DNA of 64,000 nucleotides from an uncultured Enterobacteriaceae bacterium (GTDB lineage Bacteria > Desulfobacterota > Binatia > Bin18): assembly GCA_964495015.1 (NCBI GenBank), contig CAZBUD010000001.1, positions 69,357-133,356 of the forward strand, written 5' to 3'. The notes under the pieces were generated by a model, which saw only the letters and a list, made by a program, of their open reading frames with translations, was not told the origin of the DNA and searched no databases. The translations under genes were made by a program, and so were the position numbers. Shown in pieces: positions 59,487-64,000 of the stretch (positions are counted from its first letter, which is position 1; each line of letters opens with the position of its first letter).

Positions 59487-61346
59487 TTATCCCTCCAGCA
59501 TGCGCGCAATCCGAGTCGCAACTTCAGACACCTTGAACGGACGGCCTTGTATCTTGTTAAGTCCAACCGCATCAATCAGGTATTCCGCTCGGATCAACTT
59601 CACCAATTGGCCCATATTCATTTCTGGGACGAGGACCTTGTCGTACCGGCCCAGCACATCACCCAGATCAGCCGGCAGGGGGTTCAAATAACGCAGATGC
59701 ACATGTGCGACTGAGTGGCCTTGCGCCTGGGCGTCGTCGACTGCAGCGGCAATGGGGCCGTAGGTACTGCCCCAACCCAACACCAGCAACTTTCCCTGCT
59801 CAGGGCCATTCACCTTGATCGGGGGAATCTCCTGGGTAATCTTCTTCACTTTCTGATGCCGGACCCGCACCATTTGTTCGTGGTTGGCGGGAGCATAGCT
59901 GATGTTTCCAGTCAGATAGTCTTTTTCAATGCCGCCAATACGGTGTTCAAGGCCGGGCGTGCCAGGCGTGGCCCACGGGCGGGCGAGGGTTGCTTCATCG
60001 CGCAGATACGGGAAAAAGCCTTGCGGATCAGTCCGGAATTCAACAGGAATATCCGGCAGATCATCTGCCGACGGCAGCAGCCACGGTTCTGACGCGTTAG
60101 CCAGAAAACCGTCAGTCAAAAGAATCACCGGGGTCATATATTTCATCGCGATACGGGCAGCCTCAAAGGCAGCATAAAAACAATCTACCGGAGTCGAGGC
60201 GGCAATGACGGGGATCGGGGATTCACCGTGACGTCCGTAGATCGCCTGCATGAGGTCGGTCTGCTCAGGCTTGGTCGGCATACCCGTACTCGGGCCAGCA
60301 CGCTGAATATTGGTGATCACCATTGGTAATTCGACCGTAGCAGCCAAACCGATCGTCTCGCCCTTGAGATTCATGCCGGGACCACTCGTCGTCGTAATGC
60401 CGAGTGCCCCGCCAAAAGCGGCACCCAGCGCGGCGCCAACCCCAGCGATTTCGTCTTCGGCTTGAAACGTATAGACGTTGTAGTTTTTATACTCAGCCAA
60501 TTCGTGTAACACATCGCTGGCCGGAGTAATGGGATAACTGCCCAAGAAGAGTGGGAGTCCAGCCTTCTGTGCGGCAATAACAAAACCCAGCGCGGTTGCT
60601 GAGTTGCCGGTGATATTGCGATAGACGCCGGGCGCAATCTCGGCAGGCTTGATTTCGTAGGACGAGGCAAACATGTCGGTGTTTTCACCGAGATTATAGC
60701 CACCTTTGATGGCAAGGGTGTTGGCGTCGGCTACAGCTGGATTCTTGCCGAATTTTTGCTGGATCCACTCCAACGTGGGCTCAATGGGGCGATTAAAAAG
60801 CCATGAGACAACGCCCAAAGCGAAAAAGTTGCGACTCCGCATAACCGACCTGTTCGGCAGCCCGGTCTCTTTAAGGGCCAGCGTCGTCATCTTTGTGACT
60901 TCGACTTGATAGACCTGATATTTATCGAGCGAGTTCCCCGCGAGCGGGTCCTCTTTGTACTCGGCCTTTCGCAGATTGCCGCTGCTGAACTCAGCCGGAT
61001 CTACGATCAGGATGCCGTTTTGTTTCAAATCGGCAATATTGGTCTTAAGAGCGGCGGGATTCATGCACACCAGCGTATCCAGCTCATCGCCCGGTGTGTA
61101 CACATTTTTATTACTAAAATTTATTTGAAAGGCGCTGACTCCGTATAACGTGCCGGTAGGCGCCCGGATTTCTGCTGGAAAATCAGGTAGGGTTCCAATA
61201 TCGTTACCAGCCAGAACGGATTCAGATGTAAAGCGGGTCCCAGTAAGCTGCATTCCGTCGCCAGAGTCTCCGGCGAAACGAATGACGACACTGTCGCGTT
61301 CTTGTGTAGATTTTTGCCGGTTGACGCCCTCTGGATTTGTCGCCAT
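59487..61346 (-). CDS. korA: 2-oxoacid:ferredoxin oxidoreductase alpha subunit (fused gamma-alpha type)
   Basis: 619 aa. Motifs IRFAGDSGDGMQLTG, YPITPASD and the large transketolase-like domains. It ends 5 nt upstream of korB. Confidence 0.9.
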   Translation of the reverse strand: MATNPEGVNRQKSTQERDSVVIRFAGDSGDGMQLTGTRFTSESVLAGNDIGTLPDFPAEIRAPTGTLYGVSAFQINFSNKNVYTPGDELDTLVCMNPAALKTNIADLKQNGILIVDPAEFSSGNLRKAEYKEDPLAGNSLDKYQVYQVEVTKMTTLALKETGLPNRSVMRSRNFFALGVVSWLFNRPIEPTLEWIQQKFGKNPAVADANTLAIKGGYNLGENTDMFASSYEIKPAEIAPGVYRNITGNSATALGFVIAAQKAGLPLFLGSYPITPASDVLHELAEYKNYNVYTFQAEDEIAGVGAALGAAFGGALGITTTSGPGMNLKGETIGLAATVELPMVITNIQRAGPSTGMPTKPEQTDLMQAIYGRHGESPIPVIAASTPVDCFYAAFEAARIAMKYMTPVILLTDGFLANASEPWLLPSADDLPDIPVEFRTDPQGFFPYLRDEATLARPWATPGTPGLEHRIGGIEKDYLTGNISYAPANHEQMVRVRHQKVKKITQEIPPIKVNGPEQGKLLVLGWGSTYGPIAAAVDDAQAQGHSVAHVHLRYLNPLPADLGDVLGRYDKVLVPEMNMGQLVKLIRAEYLIDAVGLNKIQGRPFKVSEVATRIARMLEG

Positions 61347-61495
61347 GGCATCTCCTCCTCAGTTGCAGTTGCACGATTTTCTCACTTGGAATTGTTACGG
61401 ACAAGTAGCGAGATACCGATGATTATTATGATAGGTACAATATCCGACGTTCTGAAGCATTACAAGTTCAGCGTGCCAGTGGACTGTCACCTAGG

Positions 61496-63175
61496 TTACA
61501 AAAAATGCAAAGAAAACGGCATAATTGCCCACACCCGGTCCCTCTCCCACAGCCAGGTAAGCCTATTGCTTCCGGGAAGAAGACGCAAAACAGCCGGCAA
61601 GTGAAACAGGGATGAAGGCTTGGGAAACCGTTCGATGCCAACAGGCCAGTTATCCGGCACCCCAACCTGATGTTTGACCTCGCTTATTGCCTCTTCCAGC
61701 CCGCCTATCGCGTCGACCAGGCCACGTGCCAACGCCTGCCGTCCGCTCCATACACGACCTTGGGCGCAACCATCAACGATCTCATAACTCAGCGACCGAC
61801 ACTGAGCGACTTTCTCGACAAAGTCTCGATAAAAACTTTGAATTTCGACATTCACGCGTTCTTGGTCCGCAGGACCAAAGGCGAGATAGTCCGAAAACAA
61901 TGCAGCCCGCTTCCCGCGTGTCAGGATTTCCTTTTCCAGGCCGAGCTGCGCGTATAATCCCTGCAACACCGCCTTACCCGCAATCACTCCGATAGAACCG
62001 GTAATCGTCCCTTCCTCAGCAAAAACCGTATTGCCAGCAAGAGCAACATAGTATCCCCCAGAAGCAGCAACGTCCCCCATTGAAACGATAACAGGTTTCT
62101 CCTCTCGCGTTTGCAGGAGTTGATGCCACACCAGATCAGAAGCCAGTCCGGATCCACCCGGGCTAGTCACCCGCACGATTATTCCTGCGACGCTCGGATC
62201 TTGGCGTACCTGCTTGAGATCGCGAATAAAACTCGTCGACCCGGTCGAGTGGACACCGTCACGCCCGGTTACACTCTCTCCACGAATGATCGTTCCGCCC
62301 ACTGTCATCAGCGCAATGCGAAACGGAACATGTTTGAGCGCGTGGCGCCGCATGAGACGCCCGCGTCGACGCTGGTACTGCCCAGCCTCAATCATTTCAA
62401 CCGAGCCGCCTTGCCCAACGTGTTCCTCTAACCACGTTGGGATCTCGTCTTCATACCCAATATGGTCAATTAAACCGGCTTCTTGTGCCTCTTGAGACAG
62501 AAAAAGACCACGATCAATGAGCTCACGCGCCACGGTCTTTTCTGTGTTTCGAGCCGAAGCAATGGCTTCGACAAGTTGATCATACAGATCGTCGAGGAGA
62601 CTGTTCATCATCTCCCGATGCGGCTCTGAGAGCGAGGTCCGGGTAAAGGGTTCGCCGGCAGATTTATATTGTCCTGCCTGGCTCACCTGGGCTTCAATCC
62701 CGAGTTTATCCAGAGCGCCCTTAAAGAACAGCGTTTCCGTAGCAAGGCCGGTCACTGTGAGATGGCCGGCCGGTGCCAAGGCAATCGCATTTGCCACGCT
62801 GGCCAGATAGTACTCCTGAGTCCCCGCCTCAGAGAGGTAGACCAGAATATATTTCCCGGCCTGGCGCAGGGCTAGGAGGGAACGACGCAGACTCTGCAGC
62901 CGAGCCCAGCCCATGTCCAGATCGTCGATGGTTAACACAACCGCCTTGATCTGATCATCCTCACGCGCCCAGCGCAGCAGAAAGGTAAATGCTAAAAGAT
63001 CCGGGGCGGCCGTGCGTCGGAACGGGAGGAAGCCAAGTATCCCATCCTCAGCCAGGGAGCCTGTCAATTCAAGCTGGAGGGTATTATACGGACCGTGCCG
63101 TCCGGTCAGACGGCCAAGAAGGTCCATCGTCCATAAAGCACAGCGAGTGATGCTACGTAGCAGGAAGTGTATCAC
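61496..63175 (-). CDS. SppA-type signal peptide peptidase paralogue (tandem S49 domains) with no obvious N-terminal TM helix
   Basis: 559 aa. The start is GTG 63175 (GTGA overlap with the upstream ORF) or ATG 63127. Motifs [17 protein letters not shown] and GTITGSIGV. Confidence 0.85.
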   Translation of the reverse strand: MIHFLLRSITRCALWTMDLLGRLTGRHGPYNTLQLELTGSLAEDGILGFLPFRRTAAPDLLAFTFLLRWAREDDQIKAVVLTIDDLDMGWARLQSLRRSLLALRQAGKYILVYLSEAGTQEYYLASVANAIALAPAGHLTVTGLATETLFFKGALDKLGIEAQVSQAGQYKSAGEPFTRTSLSEPHREMMNSLLDDLYDQLVEAIASARNTEKTVARELIDRGLFLSQEAQEAGLIDHIGYEDEIPTWLEEHVGQGGSVEMIEAGQYQRRRGRLMRRHALKHVPFRIALMTVGGTIIRGESVTGRDGVHSTGSTSFIRDLKQVRQDPSVAGIIVRVTSPGGSGLASDLVWHQLLQTREEKPVIVSMGDVAASGGYYVALAGNTVFAEEGTITGSIGVIAGKAVLQGLYAQLGLEKEILTRGKRAALFSDYLAFGPADQERVNVEIQSFYRDFVEKVAQCRSLSYEIVDGCAQGRVWSGRQALARGLVDAIGGLEEAISEVKHQVGVPDNWPVGIERFPKPSSLFHLPAVLRLLPGSNRLTWLWERDRVWAIMPFSLHFL

Positions 63176-63672
63176 GAATGCGAGACACCATATGCCCCGC
63201 TCGCCTGCTTCAGCAAGTGCGGGTGTCCCCGCTCGTTGCGCGCCCGCCAGGGGCTCACACCGGAGGCGCTCTCAACACGCCGAGTCGCAGGCTGGTATCG
63301 CGCGCGTTGGCCGCTGCGCCGTAAGAGCAAACCGCGCCGGAGGAAGGGCGACTGGATACCGAGTGCTTTACACACGTTCACAGACGCAAACGGCCAGCTA
63401 TCATCGTTAGAGAAAAGCCAGGCCTCGGCATCTGCGTAAAGTTTGCAGTTTCTCCGGTCCTCTGCCCCAAGATATTTTTGAAAGCAGTCAACAACATCCT
63501 CCAGAAAAGCAACGCCTAAGCGCCGTGCGCCCTGCGAGTCAGTCCGTCGTCTCATTGCTAGAACAAATTGACCACGCAGGGCAGTATCCGGCTGGGAGAT
63601 ATGTACGCCACCCTCGGCGAACAGTTTCCCCGTTCCGAGAGGCTGCACTCTCTTCTCGTTCGCCCCCACCAT
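63172..63672 (-). CDS. hypothetical protein
   Basis: The start is chosen at ATG 63672 (RBS GGAGGTGG). It contains ..AEAWLFSNDDSWPFASVNVCKALGIQSPFLRRGL... No family assigned. Confidence 0.45.
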   Translation of the reverse strand: MVGANEKRVQPLGTGKLFAEGGVHISQPDTALRGQFVLAMRRRTDSQGARRLGVAFLEDVVDCFQKYLGAEDRRNCKLYADAEAWLFSNDDSWPFASVNVCKALGIQSPFLRRGLLLRRSGQRARYQPATRRVESASGVSPWRARNERGHPHLLKQASGAYGVSHS

Positions 63673-63803
63673 ATTCCACCTCCACCACGGTAACGTTTTC
63701 GTGCGCTCTGATGCGCAATACTGCCTTCCCTTTCGCATAGCAAAGATATACCCTGGATGTCAGAGTATTCCTTCATGAAAGTTTAACCTAAGCGATCCGC
63801 TGG

Positions 63804-64000
63804 CTACCCCTGTTCTTCTTTATAGAGTTCAAGCCAGGCCATCTGAATGGCTTCGAGTTTTCCTTCACTCGAGTCTTGTGGATTATCGCTAAAGTCCGCC
63901 AGTTCCGTTACCCATTGGTGCAGATCAGTAAAGCGGACAGTCAATGGATCCATCTCTGGTTGCGCTTCAAAAAGCTGCTCAGCAAGATCTTCGACGTTGT
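63804..64000 (-). CDS. hypothetical protein, 5'-partial at the window edge
   Basis: The minus-strand frame is open from 64000 to the stop at 63804-63806. It reads ..NVEDLAEQLFEAQPEMDPLTVRFTDLHQWVTELADFSDNPQDSSEGKLEAIQMAWLELYKEEQG. Confidence 0.4.
   Translation of the reverse strand, partial: NVEDLAEQLFEAQPEMDPLTVRFTDLHQWVTELADFSDNPQDSSEGKLEAIQMAWLELYKEEQG

Overview
This is a 64-kb chromosomal segment from a moderately GC-rich bacterium (about 55-57% GC judged by eye, not computed). I recognised no rRNA or tRNA genes, CRISPR arrays, transposases, integrases or phage genes. Most of the content is accessory oxidative and catabolic metabolism. It includes three molybdenum-hydroxylase (xanthine dehydrogenase/CoxL family) large subunits in two clusters: an M-S-L cassette at 6.3-10.2 kb, and a minus-strand supercluster at 30.3-39.5 kb ordered xdhC, mocA-like, M, S, L1, moaD/cysO-like, L2, alpha/beta hydrolase. 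It also includes four luciferase-like (LLM) flavin oxidoreductases, class III and class I CoA-transferases, a crotonase, VOC/cupin proteins, an MDR alcohol dehydrogenase and a NUDIX CoA pyrophosphatase. Housekeeping-type blocks are a six-gene group-2 Mrp cation/proton antiporter operon (14.9-20.6 kb), KorAB 2-oxoacid:ferredoxin oxidoreductase, leucyl aminopeptidase and two SppA paralogues. The window carries at least eight gene remnants or pseudogenes: a RES toxin, a PAS-MCP, a winged-helix regulator head, a hydantoinase B tail, a truncated SDR, a STAND/TPR regulator tail, an SDR-head/VOC chimera and a family-5 UDG with a nonsense codon. It also carries two classes of small palindromic repeats. 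The candidates I consider most worth follow-up as possibly undescribed biology are: (1) the Mo-hydroxylase supercluster, where two ~70%-identical full-length catalytic subunits share one M/S pair and are separated by a CysO/MoaD-type beta-grasp protein whose Gly-Gly is masked by an 8-residue tail; (2) a lipoate-ligase-fold protein lacking the catalytic lysine, translationally coupled to a HEAT-repeat protein and divergent from xdhC; (3) a divergent cluster of zinc-ribbon/unknown proteins plus a zinc-ribbon-TM-TPR protein followed by an orphan CbbQ/NorQ-type AAA+ ATPase with no vWA partner; (4) a PEP-mutase/isocitrate-lyase-family enzyme coupled to a large uncharacterised acidic protein. All functional calls rest on my reading of the translated ORFs and on recalled family motifs. 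No database search was run.
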